A DNA stretch of 51,129 nt from Candidatus Binataceae bacterium (GCA_035500975.1 DATJWT010000024.1:1-51129), one strand, 5' to 3'. Shown: positions 36,292 to 46,233, numbered from the stretch's first letter. The notes: generated from the sequence alone by a model not told the origin. Translations and numbers: made by a program.

Positions 36292-38469
36292 ATGGAAGCT
36301 CGGCGCAGGCGTAACACCGCACTCGGCATCTTGCTGGCAATCGCGATTGCGGGATGCGCCACCGAAGTCGCCCAGTCCCAAGGCGTGACCCCGGAGGCCA
36401 CTCCGGGCGAGGTAGCCTCCGGCGCGGCCGGGCCCTCATCCACTCCCGAACCTCTCGCCGCGGATACCGCGCCCAGCGATGCGAAGCAGGCGTTCGTTGC
36501 TGGCTACAAGGCCTATGTCGGACGCAACTACGCATCGGCGACCGCGAACCTGACCTTCGCCGCATCGAACTATCCCGCCCTCGGCGACTACGCGCTCTTC
36601 TATCTCGCCCAGGCACAGTCGGAGCAGGGGGATTTGGCGGGCGCATCGGCGACCTTTGAGCGGCTGCGCGCGGAATATCCGCAAAGCGTCACGATCGGGC
36701 CGGCCGAACTCTCATTGGCGCAGATTTTCCTTAAGCTCGGCAAGCCGGCCGACGCACTGACTGTTGCTACCCATCTTGTTGCCACTACCGGCATTACTTC
36801 CCTGGAGCAGAACGGGCGGCTGGTGGAGGCGCAAGCGCTCGACGCGATGGGACGCAGCAAGGACGCGTATCAGCAGGCGATGCTGATTCGCGATAGCTAT
36901 CCGCGCGGCGAAGCTGATTCCAGGGCACGCGCGCTGGCGTATTCCATTCGCGCATCGAATCCCGCCGTCGCCCCCGAGTCTCCGTTCATCTACCACAAGA
37001 GCGAAGCCGCGCTGCTGCTGCGCGAGGCGGTGTCATCGCTTGCCCTTCAGGAGGCGCAGAAGGCGCTTGCGATCGCTCCCACGTCATCCGACCGCGCCGA
37101 GGTTCTATGGCTCGAGGCGCAGGCGCTCAAGAGCGAGAGCGATCGGCAGAAAGAGGCTCTGCTCGAATACCTGTCGATCGCGCCGCATGGCGCGGCTGCA
37201 TCGGCCGCGCTCTACGACTTGGCGCTGATCTATTGGAAGGAAGAAAACTCCGATCTCGCCCGCGCAACTTTCGGAAAGGTCATCGCGGAGTTCCCGTCGA
37301 GTAGTCACGCATCGGGGGCGATGCTCCGAATCGGCCGCATCTACGAAGAGTTGCACAGGTACGACGACGCCCGGGCCGAGTACGGGAAACTGGTCGCTCG
37401 CTATCCGGGGACTGAAGCCGCCGAGGATGCACGGTTCCGCATCCCGTGGTGGCTCTACATGACGCGCCAGTACGCGCGCGCCGCTGGCAGCTTTGAATCG
37501 ATGCGCAAGCGGGCCGAGAGCGCATCGGAGCGCGACATGTTCGAATACTGGCGCGCTCGCTCGCTGGAAAAGAGCGGCGATGCGGGCGCGGCGCATGAAA
37601 TCTTCGTGCGCCTCGCCGGCACTACGGAGAGCAACTACTATCCCGCTTTGGCCGCGATGCGCGCGCCGGGAGTTTTCGCCGACCTTCCTGCCGCATCGGC
37701 GCCCGAGCTGAGCGTGTACCCGACGCCCGAGAGCTCGTCGCCGGCGGTGCGATTTCACTTGAGCCGCATCCTCGCCCTGCGCGCACTCGGAATTCCCGAG
37801 CTCGAAGCCGGTGAATATCGCGTGCTGGAAGAGGCGTCCGCGGCGGAGCACTCGTTGCGCAACTTCATCCTGGCTGGGCTTCAATCGGCGGAAGCCTGGT
37901 ACGACGCGATTATCGCGTCCACCCGGATGTCGAAGAACGGGCACTTGAACGCGGAGGTCGCGGAACGGATTCGCTATCCGCGCGCGTACTGGGATCTTTT
38001 TTCTAAAGCCTCACAGAGCAAGTCGCTGGACCCTTGGCTGGTGCTCGCGCTGGCCCGGCAAGAGAGCCTGTTCAACCCGCGCGCGACCTCGGTTTCCGAC
38101 GCGCGCGGACTGATGCAGCTATTGCCATCGACGGCGGACCGAATCGCACGACAAATCGGCGAGGAACCGTCTCCCAACCTGTTCGATCCCGGAACCAACG
38201 TGCGGCTCGGGACCACGTATCTGAAGGACCTTTTCGATATGTTCCAGGGGGACAAGTTCCGGGCCGTCGCGGCCTATAATGGCGGAGAGCACGCGGTCGA
38301 AGGATGGAGCCGGAAATTTCCCGGCGATGACGACGAATGGGTCGAGAATATCGGCTATCGCGAGACGCGCGACTACGTGAAGAAGGTGATCGGCGGCCGC
38401 CGCGAGTACCTGCTGCTCTATCCGCAGCAAGCCTCGGCCAGTACGCAATCCGCGCCGACCAGCCCATAG
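36292..38469 (+). CDS. slt: soluble lytic murein transglycosylase (Slt70-like) lipoprotein with TPR-like superhelical domain, 725 aa
   Basis: Lipobox AIAGC. The catalytic region reads ALARQESLFNP...ARGLMQLLPSTA...AAYNGG. Confidence 0.85.
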   Translation: MEARRRRNTALGILLAIAIAGCATEVAQSQGVTPEATPGEVASGAAGPSSTPEPLAADTAPSDAKQAFVAGYKAYVGRNYASATANLTFAASNYPALGDYALFYLAQAQSEQGDLAGASATFERLRAEYPQSVTIGPAELSLAQIFLKLGKPADALTVATHLVATTGITSLEQNGRLVEAQALDAMGRSKDAYQQAMLIRDSYPRGEADSRARALAYSIRASNPAVAPESPFIYHKSEAALLLREAVSSLALQEAQKALAIAPTSSDRAEVLWLEAQALKSESDRQKEALLEYLSIAPHGAAASAALYDLALIYWKEENSDLARATFGKVIAEFPSSSHASGAMLRIGRIYEELHRYDDARAEYGKLVARYPGTEAAEDARFRIPWWLYMTRQYARAAGSFESMRKRAESASERDMFEYWRARSLEKSGDAGAAHEIFVRLAGTTESNYYPALAAMRAPGVFADLPAASAPELSVYPTPESSSPAVRFHLSRILALRALGIPELEAGEYRVLEEASAAEHSLRNFILAGLQSAEAWYDAIIASTRMSKNGHLNAEVAERIRYPRAYWDLFSKASQSKSLDPWLVLALARQESLFNPRATSVSDARGLMQLLPSTADRIARQIGEEPSPNLFDPGTNVRLGTTYLKDLFDMFQGDKFRAVAAYNGGEHAVEGWSRKFPGDDDEWVENIGYRETRDYVKKVIGGRREYLLLYPQQASASTQSAPTSP

Positions 38470-39293
38470 CTGGAATCGACGTAGGTGAAGATTTTCTCGA
38501 TATCGCCGTGCTGCCTGGCGGCGCGAGCGCGCTGCGCTTTGCCCGAGTCAACATCAGGTCGAACAGCAGCGATCCCGTCAGCGAAATAGCAGAGAGTGTC
38601 CAACGCGCCGCGCCGGAACTCGGCCGGGGCGCACTTGCGCTGGTGGATTCTCCACGGGCGCCGAACGCATCGCCGACTCAGCGCGATATCGATGTCGCCC
38701 TGCGTGCGACAATCGCGTCGGTGAACCGCAAGAGAAACCTCGCCGATCGAATCACGCTTTCGCTGTTTCCAACTCCACCGCCCGAGTACTTCGCTCGCTG
38801 TATCAACGACCGGTCCTGCAAGCCCCATCTGATCTCGATTGCCCGGAAAGTGCTCGGCATTCCTCCAGGGCCGACTGGTTCCCGGCCTCGGAGCGGTGGG
38901 TGGATCTTCACGCGCTTTATGATCGCGGGATTTGCGGCGCATCTCGCGTTGGAGCGCCTTGGCGTCGATGCATTCGAGGGGTATCCGTACCTCGCCTTCG
39001 CGATGTGGAAGCAAAAGGGCGAGGTACTGCCGCCCAAGTCAGCGCATCGTGCGGCATTGATTGCACGGCAGAAGATCGTTGCGCGGCTCGCCCGCGAATG
39101 CGGTTTGGCAGCCGATATTCCACGGACGCTCGACCACGCCGACGCCGCCGTTCTGGCGATCACCGCGCGGCTTTCTGCGCGTCACGGCGGTACGCTGTTT
39201 TTCGCGAGCCCAGAGCAGGGTAGGTTCCTGCTCGCCCTGGACTCGAGAGAGCGCACGGCAGTCGAGGAGGCGAGCGTTCTCGACCGAGCTTGA
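38337..39293 (+). CDS. DUF429-like (RNase H-fold) hypothetical protein; start unresolved
   Basis: The segments IAGIDVG, LVDSPRAP, FEGYPY and LDHADAAVLAITA resemble DUF429 landmarks. The only canonical start upstream of the GID motif is ATG 38337, which overlaps slt by 133 nt. Confidence 0.45.
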   Translation: MGREYRLSRDARLREEGDRRPPRVPAALSAASLGQYAIRADQPIAGIDVGEDFLDIAVLPGGASALRFARVNIRSNSSDPVSEIAESVQRAAPELGRGALALVDSPRAPNASPTQRDIDVALRATIASVNRKRNLADRITLSLFPTPPPEYFARCINDRSCKPHLISIARKVLGIPPGPTGSRPRSGGWIFTRFMIAGFAAHLALERLGVDAFEGYPYLAFAMWKQKGEVLPPKSAHRAALIARQKIVARLARECGLAADIPRTLDHADAAVLAITARLSARHGGTLFFASPEQGRFLLALDSRERTAVEEASVLDRA

Positions 39294-39362
39294 CAACCTG
39301 CAAAGCAAAGGGGTTCAAAAGGGGGCAACTATGTCCGGCGCTCCCGGACCAGGACATCAAGC

Positions 39363-40058
39363 TTGGCCTCGCGCGAATTCAAAGCGGTATTTTTCGATCT
39401 CGACGGCACCCTCGTCGATATCCACGGCCCGCTTTACATCGCGGCCCGCAACGCGATGCGCGATATCGGCCATCATTCGGACTTCACTCCGGAACAATAT
39501 CGCGAGGCGCTCGGGCGCAATGACGTTTGGCTCGGCGTGCCGGAAACCCGCCGTCCCGAGTATCTCAAGCTCGCGTTTGCTTACTTCATGACCGAAATCG
39601 ACAAGACGGAGCGACTCGAAATTCTGCCGCACGTGGCCGAGACTCTCGCCGAGCTCAAGCGCCGCCGCTACGCCACCGCGGTAGTCACGAGCCGGCCGGG
39701 CGAGGCGCGCCGTCTGATTGAGAAGCTCGCGATGGTCGGCTTGGCCGCCTACCTCGACCAGGTCGTTACGCAGCCGACCTCGTCGATGAAAGATCTGCTC
39801 GACAAGACTGAACTGCTCAAGCAAACGGCGATGAAGGCCTCCGTCCTGCCCCCCGCGTGCCTGTACGTCGGCGATGAGCCGCGCGACATCATGGCCGCGC
39901 AGCAGGCCGGCTTCGGCGCGACCATCGCGGTCGCGACCGGGGCAGCGTCGTCATCCTATCTGAAGAATCATCCGCAGCATCGGCCTGACTACGTGATGAA
40001 CTCGATGGCCGAGTTGCTGGGGCTGATCGAAACAATGCGGCTTGGGGAGCCATCATGA
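39363..40058 (+). CDS. HAD-superfamily hydrolase (phosphoglycolate phosphatase-like), 231 aa
   Basis: Motif I FFDLDGTLVD, VVTSRP (motif II) and YVGDEPRD (motif IV). TTG start. The stop overlaps the next gene (ATGA). Confidence 0.8.
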   Translation: MASREFKAVFFDLDGTLVDIHGPLYIAARNAMRDIGHHSDFTPEQYREALGRNDVWLGVPETRRPEYLKLAFAYFMTEIDKTERLEILPHVAETLAELKRRRYATAVVTSRPGEARRLIEKLAMVGLAAYLDQVVTQPTSSMKDLLDKTELLKQTAMKASVLPPACLYVGDEPRDIMAAQQAGFGATIAVATGAASSSYLKNHPQHRPDYVMNSMAELLGLIETMRLGEPS

Positions 40059-41299
40059 GCGCGGAGAAACCGGAAGCGCTGCAGGGACTGCGCGTAGTCG
40101 AGCTGCCGTGCCTCGATTCTCTGCCGTTTCTCGCAGCCTCGATGGCGGCAAAGTCGTTCGCCGATTTCGGCGCTGAGGTCATCAAGGTCGAGCCGCCTGG
40201 GGCGGGAGCTCAGGAACGCCGCCTCGGTCCGTTTCGCGACGGGAAGACCGATCTCGAAACCGGCGGTCTCCATCTATTTCTCAACACGAACAAGATGGGC
40301 GTGACGCTCGATCTTGAAAAGCCCCGCGCGCTGGACGTGCTGTTCGCATTGCTCGGACAGGTCGATATCGTGTTGAACCCGAACCTTCCGGCGCTCAACG
40401 AGCGAATCGGGCTCTCGTGGCAGGCGCTGACCCAACGCTTCCCCAAGCTCGTCGTCGTGTCGCTGACCACCTTCGGCGCCGACTCTCCATATCGCGATTT
40501 CCGTGGCGGCGATTTGGTCGCAACCCAGATGAGCGGAGTCGGCTACGAGACGCCGTGGCATCAGGTGACCGATCTCGCGAAAGAGCCGCCGCTGAAGTTG
40601 GCGGGACGGCAATCCGACTACCTCACGGGATACACCGCTGCGGCCGCCGCGATGATCGCGCTGTTCGATCGCAAAAACACCGGCGCGGGACAGCACATCG
40701 ATGTGAGCCAATGGCTCGCGATGGTCAGCATGATCCGGCCCAATCTCGGCGGCTCCACCCACGAGTCTCTCGAATCGCCTCTCTACCAGCGCTTGAGCAT
40801 GCGAATCAAAGCGGGCGCGCAATGGGTTTATCCGTGCGCCGATGGATGGGTCAGCTTCAACGCTGGTACCGAAAGGTTCTGGCAGGGCTGGAAGAAGGCG
40901 ATGGGCAATCCGGAATGGATGGATGCCGAGATCTTCAAGACCACGGCCGACCGTGCGGCGCATGTTGATGTGATAGAAGCGGCAATCCACGACTGGCTTT
41001 CGACCATAACCAAGAAAGATGCCTTTCAGCGCGCGCAGGCGGAGCACGTGCCGTGTTTTCCAGTTCACGAGGTGCGCGAAGTTGCGGAGAACGATCAATA
41101 TCGCGAGCGACGTTTCTTCGCGGAATACGACCATCCCACCGCAGGCACGGTTCGCATGCCCGGTGCGCCGTGCAGCTTCAGCGCTACCCCGTGGCGGATC
41201 AAGCGCGGCGCGCCGCGCCTCGGCGAGCATAATCGCAAGATCTTCAACGAACGTCTGGGCATCGAACTCGAGCGCCTGTCCGCGGAGAAAATAATCTGA
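40055..41299 (+). CDS. family III CoA-transferase (CaiB/BaiF type), 414 aa
   Basis: The segments GLRVVEL...AAKSFADFGAEVIKVEPP, NKMGVTLDL and MPGAPCSFSATP are present. Confidence 0.9.
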   Translation: MSAEKPEALQGLRVVELPCLDSLPFLAASMAAKSFADFGAEVIKVEPPGAGAQERRLGPFRDGKTDLETGGLHLFLNTNKMGVTLDLEKPRALDVLFALLGQVDIVLNPNLPALNERIGLSWQALTQRFPKLVVVSLTTFGADSPYRDFRGGDLVATQMSGVGYETPWHQVTDLAKEPPLKLAGRQSDYLTGYTAAAAAMIALFDRKNTGAGQHIDVSQWLAMVSMIRPNLGGSTHESLESPLYQRLSMRIKAGAQWVYPCADGWVSFNAGTERFWQGWKKAMGNPEWMDAEIFKTTADRAAHVDVIEAAIHDWLSTITKKDAFQRAQAEHVPCFPVHEVREVAENDQYRERRFFAEYDHPTAGTVRMPGAPCSFSATPWRIKRGAPRLGEHNRKIFNERLGIELERLSAEKII

Positions 41300-42507
41300 T
41301 GCGACGGCTGCCCTTCGAGGGAATCAGGGTCCTGGACTTCGGCTGGATCTTCGCGGTTCCGCACGCGACCGCGTGGCTGGGAGCGATGGGCGCCGAGGTT
41401 ATCCGGGTCGAGAGCATGCGCGCGCCCGACCTCGTGCGGTTCCTGACCGGAACCAACGGCGTGATCGGCCCGAACCTGTCGGGCGTCTTTCACTCCATCA
41501 ACCTTTCGCGCAAGAGCCTGGCGCTCGATTTATCGCGGCCGGAAGCCCAAAGGATCGCCCAGCAGCTGGTGCTGAAGAGCGACATGGTTACCGAGAACTA
41601 TACGGTCGGTAACATGCAGAAATACGGGCTCGACTACGAGAGCCTGCGCCGGCTCAAGCCCGACATCATCATGATGTCCGGGACTCCGCTCGGCCAGAAC
41701 GGACCATTCGCGCAGACCGTGGGATTCGGTCCGACCACACAGGCATTCGCCGGGTTGTGTCATCTCACCGGCTACCCGGGGAGCTTCCCCTGTGGAATCG
41801 GCGGGACATGGCCGGACTTCGCCGTCGGTACCGCGATGGTGTTTTTCCTGCTGGCCGCGCTGCACCATCGCGATCGAACCGGCGAGGGTCAGTACCTGGA
41901 CCTCTCGATGGCCGAGACGGTCACCACGATGATTCCCGAGGCGATGATGGATTTCTTCCTCAACGGGCGCGATGAAGGCCCGCAGGGAAATCGCGATTCG
42001 TCGATGGCGCCGCACGGCGTTTTCCCGGTATCCGGCGACGACCGATGGGTTGCTATCGCGATTGCGAGCGATGCCGAGTTCGCCGCGCTGTGTGAGTTGC
42101 TCGGTACACCATCGATTGCCACCGACCGGGCTTACGCACGAATCGACGATCGTCTGCGCAACGTGGCGATGCTGGAAAGCGAGATTGCCGCGCGGACTCG
42201 CAATTTCGATCGCGATGAACTCGTGCAGCAACTGCGCGAGCGCGGAATCGCGGCGGGCCCCGTGTACAATACCCACGAAGTGAAGGCTGACCCTGCTTTT
42301 GCCGCTTCGGGCATGATGATCGTGCGCGCGCACGGCGACTCCGGAGAACGCGCGGTTCCGGGGTTGCCGGTAAAGTTCAGTGCGTTGGAGCCGGACTATC
42401 GCGGCGCGCCGCGCATCGGTCAGGACAGCGAAGAGGTCTTGAGCGGACTACTCGGGATGAGCCCCGCCGAGGTGGCACGACTGAAGGAAGAAAAGGTTTT
42501 ATTCTAG
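41299..42507 (+). CDS. family III CoA-transferase (CaiB/BaiF type), 402 aa
   Basis: The segments GIRVLDFGWIFAVPHATAWLGAMGAEVIRVE, NLSRKSLALDL and GLPVKFS are present. The ATG shares one nt with the preceding TGA. Confidence 0.9.
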   Translation: MRRLPFEGIRVLDFGWIFAVPHATAWLGAMGAEVIRVESMRAPDLVRFLTGTNGVIGPNLSGVFHSINLSRKSLALDLSRPEAQRIAQQLVLKSDMVTENYTVGNMQKYGLDYESLRRLKPDIIMMSGTPLGQNGPFAQTVGFGPTTQAFAGLCHLTGYPGSFPCGIGGTWPDFAVGTAMVFFLLAALHHRDRTGEGQYLDLSMAETVTTMIPEAMMDFFLNGRDEGPQGNRDSSMAPHGVFPVSGDDRWVAIAIASDAEFAALCELLGTPSIATDRAYARIDDRLRNVAMLESEIAARTRNFDRDELVQQLRERGIAAGPVYNTHEVKADPAFAASGMMIVRAHGDSGERAVPGLPVKFSALEPDYRGAPRIGQDSEEVLSGLLGMSPAEVARLKEEKVLF

Positions 42508-42511
42508 AGCC

Positions 42512-43450
42512 ATGACAGAAGCATCTGCGATTCCACACGGAGGTGGCGCGCGCCCGGGTTCGTTCGCCATCTGGATCCAGGCGATTCGCGCAATTTCGCT
42601 GACCGCGGCGGCTATTCCGGTGCTTCTCGGTGTCGCGATCGCTGCCCGCGACGGATTCTTTGCACCGGGCCGGATGATCCTGGCGCTGATCGGCGCGATG
42701 GCTATACAGGCCGGTACCAACCTGATCAACGACTACTATGATTACGCATCGGGCGCTGACTCATCCGAGTCGCTCGGCCCCAGCATGGTCATCCAGCGCG
42801 GCCTCCTCGCGCCGGAGCAAGTGTGGCGTGGCGGAATCGTGGCATTCGCGATCGGCGCGGCCATCGGACTGGTGCTGGTATACCAGTGCGGATGGCCGAT
42901 TCTCGCCATCGGCATTCCCTCAGTAGCGGCGGGCTACTTCTACACCGCAAAGCCGGTCGCGCTCGCCTACGTAGCGCTAGGCGAACTGACCGTGTTCCTG
43001 TTCATGGGACCCGTGATCGTCGTCGGAACGTACTATGTGATAGCCTTGCACTTCACTGCCGGTGCCGTGCTCGCATCGATTCCGCTGGGGTTTCTCGTGG
43101 CGGGCATTTTGCACGCCAACAATATCCGCGACATCGAGAGCGACCGGCTTCACAACAAGCGCACGCTGGCGACGATCCTGGGCCGCACCGGCGCGAATTA
43201 CGAGCTGGCTGCCCTCGACGTGCTCGCGTACGGCACCACGCTGGTCGCGATGATCGTCGGCGCGATTCCATGGACGGGGTTGCTGGCGATTCTGAGCGTC
43301 CCGCGCGCGATCGGCCAGCTGAAAATCGTGATGAACGAGACCGACCCGAAGAAGCTGAACCTCGCACTTTTCCGATCCGTGCAGCTTCACATGGAATACG
43401 GGGTGCTGCTGATTGTCGCGTTCCTGATCGCGGCCTTCGCTCACATCTGA
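42512..43450 (+). CDS. menA: 1,4-dihydroxy-2-naphthoate polyprenyltransferase (UbiA superfamily, MenA type), 312 aa
   Basis: The segments NLINDYYDYASGAD and NNIRDIESDRLHNKRTLATILG give the two Asp-rich motifs in MenA-like form. About 8-9 TM segments. The start lies 4 nt after the preceding stop. Confidence 0.8.
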   Translation: MTEASAIPHGGGARPGSFAIWIQAIRAISLTAAAIPVLLGVAIAARDGFFAPGRMILALIGAMAIQAGTNLINDYYDYASGADSSESLGPSMVIQRGLLAPEQVWRGGIVAFAIGAAIGLVLVYQCGWPILAIGIPSVAAGYFYTAKPVALAYVALGELTVFLFMGPVIVVGTYYVIALHFTAGAVLASIPLGFLVAGILHANNIRDIESDRLHNKRTLATILGRTGANYELAALDVLAYGTTLVAMIVGAIPWTGLLAILSVPRAIGQLKIVMNETDPKKLNLALFRSVQLHMEYGVLLIVAFLIAAFAHI

Positions 43451-43589
43451 TACAGACTCTGCATTTGTATGCCCTCCCTAAGGCGTGTGATAGCGTCGGT
43501 TGCGAAGGGCACAGAGAGGAGAAACCAAATGACAACAACCATGTCCATCTCTACAACCGGTTTCACCCATCTAAAGGACATGGTGTTGC

Positions 43590-45410
43590 ATGCGAACGTC
43601 AAATCTCCGGAAATCATTACGCAAATCCCGCAATAGAATTCAGTCAACCAATCAGGGGACCTCTCCTCTCGGAATCAGTCGGACCCGAAAGTTTCTCTCC
43701 TACTACCTGCCGTATCGCGGCCTCCTTCTGACCGATCTGCTCTGCGCCGCCGTCATCTCGATAGCGGCATTGCTGCTTCCCGTCTTCGGGAACATCATCA
43801 CCAAAAATTTGCTGGTGCAGGCCGGCGCTCCGGGTGAGCTATCCAAAATCTACGCTCTGGGCGCCGCGATGGTCGCATTGGTAGCCATCCAGACGCTGTG
43901 CACACTGTTTGTCGATTACCAGGGACATGTGATGGGCGCGAAGATGGAACGTGACATGCGTCGCGAACTTTTCGAGCGCTACCAGAGGCTCTCCTTCAGC
44001 TTTTACGATCGGCAGCGAACCGGGCAACTCATGGCGCGCATCACTACCGACCTGTTCTTTCTGGCCGAGCTGTTCCACCACGGGCCTGAAGACCTCGCGA
44101 TCGCCGCACTCGAAATGACCGGCGTGATTGCCATCCTCGCGTACCTGAATCGGGGTCTTACGTTGATCGTGATCGCCTTCCTTCCCCCAATGTTTATGTT
44201 CGCGATGCACTTCAATCGACGGATGATAGCCGCCCTGCGAGTGAGCCGGGAGCGAATCGGCGATATCAATGCGCGGGTCGAGGATTCGCTGGCTGGAATA
44301 CGGGTCGCGAAGTCGTTCACCAACGAGGCACTCGAGGTCGCTCGCTTCGACGATCACAACGACAAGTTTCTCGCGAGTCGTAGCGAAGGTTACCGCGCCG
44401 AGGCGTGGTTCTCGGGCGGGATGACCGCTTTTACCCAACTCATCACGATCGCGGTGATCGTGTTCGGTGCAGCAGCTATCGCGCGATCCAGGATCGACCT
44501 CGCCGACCTTTTGACCTTCTTGATGTGCGTGGCGGTCCTCGTCGATCCGGTTCGCCGGCTCGCAAACCTTGCGCGCCTGTCCCAGGAAGGGATTCCCGGT
44601 TTTGATCGCTTCCTCGAGATGCTCGCGATCGAGCCGAGCCTGCCCGATCAGGCCGGTGTCAGGACATTGAGCGGGGTGCGGGGAGAAATCGTCTTCCGCG
44701 ACGTGAGTTTCCGCTACCACAACGATGCGCCCTGGGTACTTAAAAACATCTCACTTCAGATCGCGGCCGGCGAATTCATTGCACTGGTGGGTTCGTCGGG
44801 CGTCGGCAAGAGCACCTTGTGCTCTTTGATTCCCCGTTTCTACGAGGCAACCTCGGGAACGGTACTCATCGACGGCGTCGATGTTCGGGAAATCCGCTCG
44901 CTATCCTTGCGTCAAAATGTCGGGGTGGTGCAGCAGGACGTCTACCTGTTTGCGGGTACGGTGGCCGAGAATCTTCGCTATGGGAGGTTCGATGCTGGTT
45001 TCGAGGAGATCGTCGCAGCTGCGAAAAAAGCCCATGCCCATGATTTCATCATGGCATTGCCCGGCGGCTACGATACGGAGATTGGTGAACGCGGCGTGAG
45101 ACTGTCAGGAGGCCAGAAGCAGCGCCTGAGCATCGCGCGCGTTCTTCTCAAAGCTCCCCAAATCCTGATTTTCGACGAAGCGACCAGCGCGCTCGACAAC
45201 GAGAGCGAAACCGCGGTGCAGGAATCCCTGGGACAGCTCGCACGCGATCGCACGATGATTGTCATCGCACATCGGCTCTCGACGGTGCGCAAGGCAAGGA
45301 GAATCGTGGTCCTGACCAGCGAAGGAATCGCCGAACAAGGCAGGCACCATGACCTCATGGAATCCGGCGGTGCATACGCGCGGCTGTACAACTCCCAGGC
45401 CAGCATCTGA
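43590..45410 (+). CDS. ABC exporter, fused permease/ATPase (MsbA/ABCB type), 606 aa
   Basis: Six-TM domain, then Walker A GSSGVGKST, signature LSGGQKQR and Walker B ILIFDEATSALD. Confidence 0.9.
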   Translation: MRTSNLRKSLRKSRNRIQSTNQGTSPLGISRTRKFLSYYLPYRGLLLTDLLCAAVISIAALLLPVFGNIITKNLLVQAGAPGELSKIYALGAAMVALVAIQTLCTLFVDYQGHVMGAKMERDMRRELFERYQRLSFSFYDRQRTGQLMARITTDLFFLAELFHHGPEDLAIAALEMTGVIAILAYLNRGLTLIVIAFLPPMFMFAMHFNRRMIAALRVSRERIGDINARVEDSLAGIRVAKSFTNEALEVARFDDHNDKFLASRSEGYRAEAWFSGGMTAFTQLITIAVIVFGAAAIARSRIDLADLLTFLMCVAVLVDPVRRLANLARLSQEGIPGFDRFLEMLAIEPSLPDQAGVRTLSGVRGEIVFRDVSFRYHNDAPWVLKNISLQIAAGEFIALVGSSGVGKSTLCSLIPRFYEATSGTVLIDGVDVREIRSLSLRQNVGVVQQDVYLFAGTVAENLRYGRFDAGFEEIVAAAKKAHAHDFIMALPGGYDTEIGERGVRLSGGQKQRLSIARVLLKAPQILIFDEATSALDNESETAVQESLGQLARDRTMIVIAHRLSTVRKARRIVVLTSEGIAEQGRHHDLMESGGAYARLYNSQASI

Positions 45411-45459
45411 GTAGCCCTATGATATATGCCGCCAGCACTCGCCGATTCCCTTTTGGGGC

Positions 45460-46233
45460 TTACAGGTACTGGAGGTGGGGAGGATTGGATTGAAATTCGG
45501 TGCGCACCCTTTCGTACGTTTTCAGGTCGTCGATCGTGCGCATCAGGCCGCGATGGATACGGCCGAACACCGGCAGACCGTCACGGATCATCGGGGCGAT
45601 CAGCCCGTTCATGATGCTCCACGGCGGTGTAGCTGGAATCAGGTCCAGCACCTGCGGCTCCAGGATGATCACGCCGCAGTACATGAAAGATTCCAGCGCG
45701 GTCTGCTCGCCGGGCTCCGCCATGAAATCATCGTAGGCGAGTGGCGATCGCGTCCGGAGCAGGTGAACGCGATATATACGTCCCGCGCCGTCGAGTTCGA
45801 AGTGGCTGTAGTAGTCGAGATTGTCGGGGCGCGCCACCGCCAGCGTGATGAGCGCGCCGCGGTTGCGATGAAACCGGATTGCCTCGGCGACATCGAAGTC
45901 GAGAATCGTGTCACTATTCGCGATCAGGAAGGTGTCGCCGCCCAGGAATCCTCGAAGTCCGTTTAGCGGACCTCCCGTACCCAGCAGCGTGGGCTCGGGG
46001 GACCATACGATGTCGATTCCCAGCTGCGACCCGGTGCGTAGTGTGGATTCCATCGCATGCGCGAGGTGATGCGTGTTGATTGCGATCTCGCGGATGCCCG
46101 CGCGCTTCAGCATCAGAAGCGGATAATGGATCAGCGGCCGTCCGCCGATTTCGACCAGCGGTTTCGGAATCGTTTCGGTCAGGGGCCGCAGCCGCTCACC
46201 TTTTCCTGCCGAAAGCACCAGCGCACGGATCAT
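45460..46233 (-). CDS. murU: sugar-1-phosphate nucleotidyltransferase, MurU-like (N-acetylmuramate alpha-1-phosphate uridylyltransferase), 257 aa
   Basis: LSAGKGERLRPLT nucleotidyltransferase signature. ATG overlaps the stop of the upstream kinase gene (ATGA), which is the amgK-murU arrangement. Confidence 0.7.
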   Translation of the reverse strand: MIRALVLSAGKGERLRPLTETIPKPLVEIGGRPLIHYPLLMLKRAGIREIAINTHHLAHAMESTLRTGSQLGIDIVWSPEPTLLGTGGPLNGLRGFLGGDTFLIANSDTILDFDVAEAIRFHRNRGALITLAVARPDNLDYYSHFELDGAGRIYRVHLLRTRSPLAYDDFMAEPGEQTALESFMYCGVIILEPQVLDLIPATPPWSIMNGLIAPMIRDGLPVFGRIHRGLMRTIDDLKTYERVRTEFQSNPPHLQYL

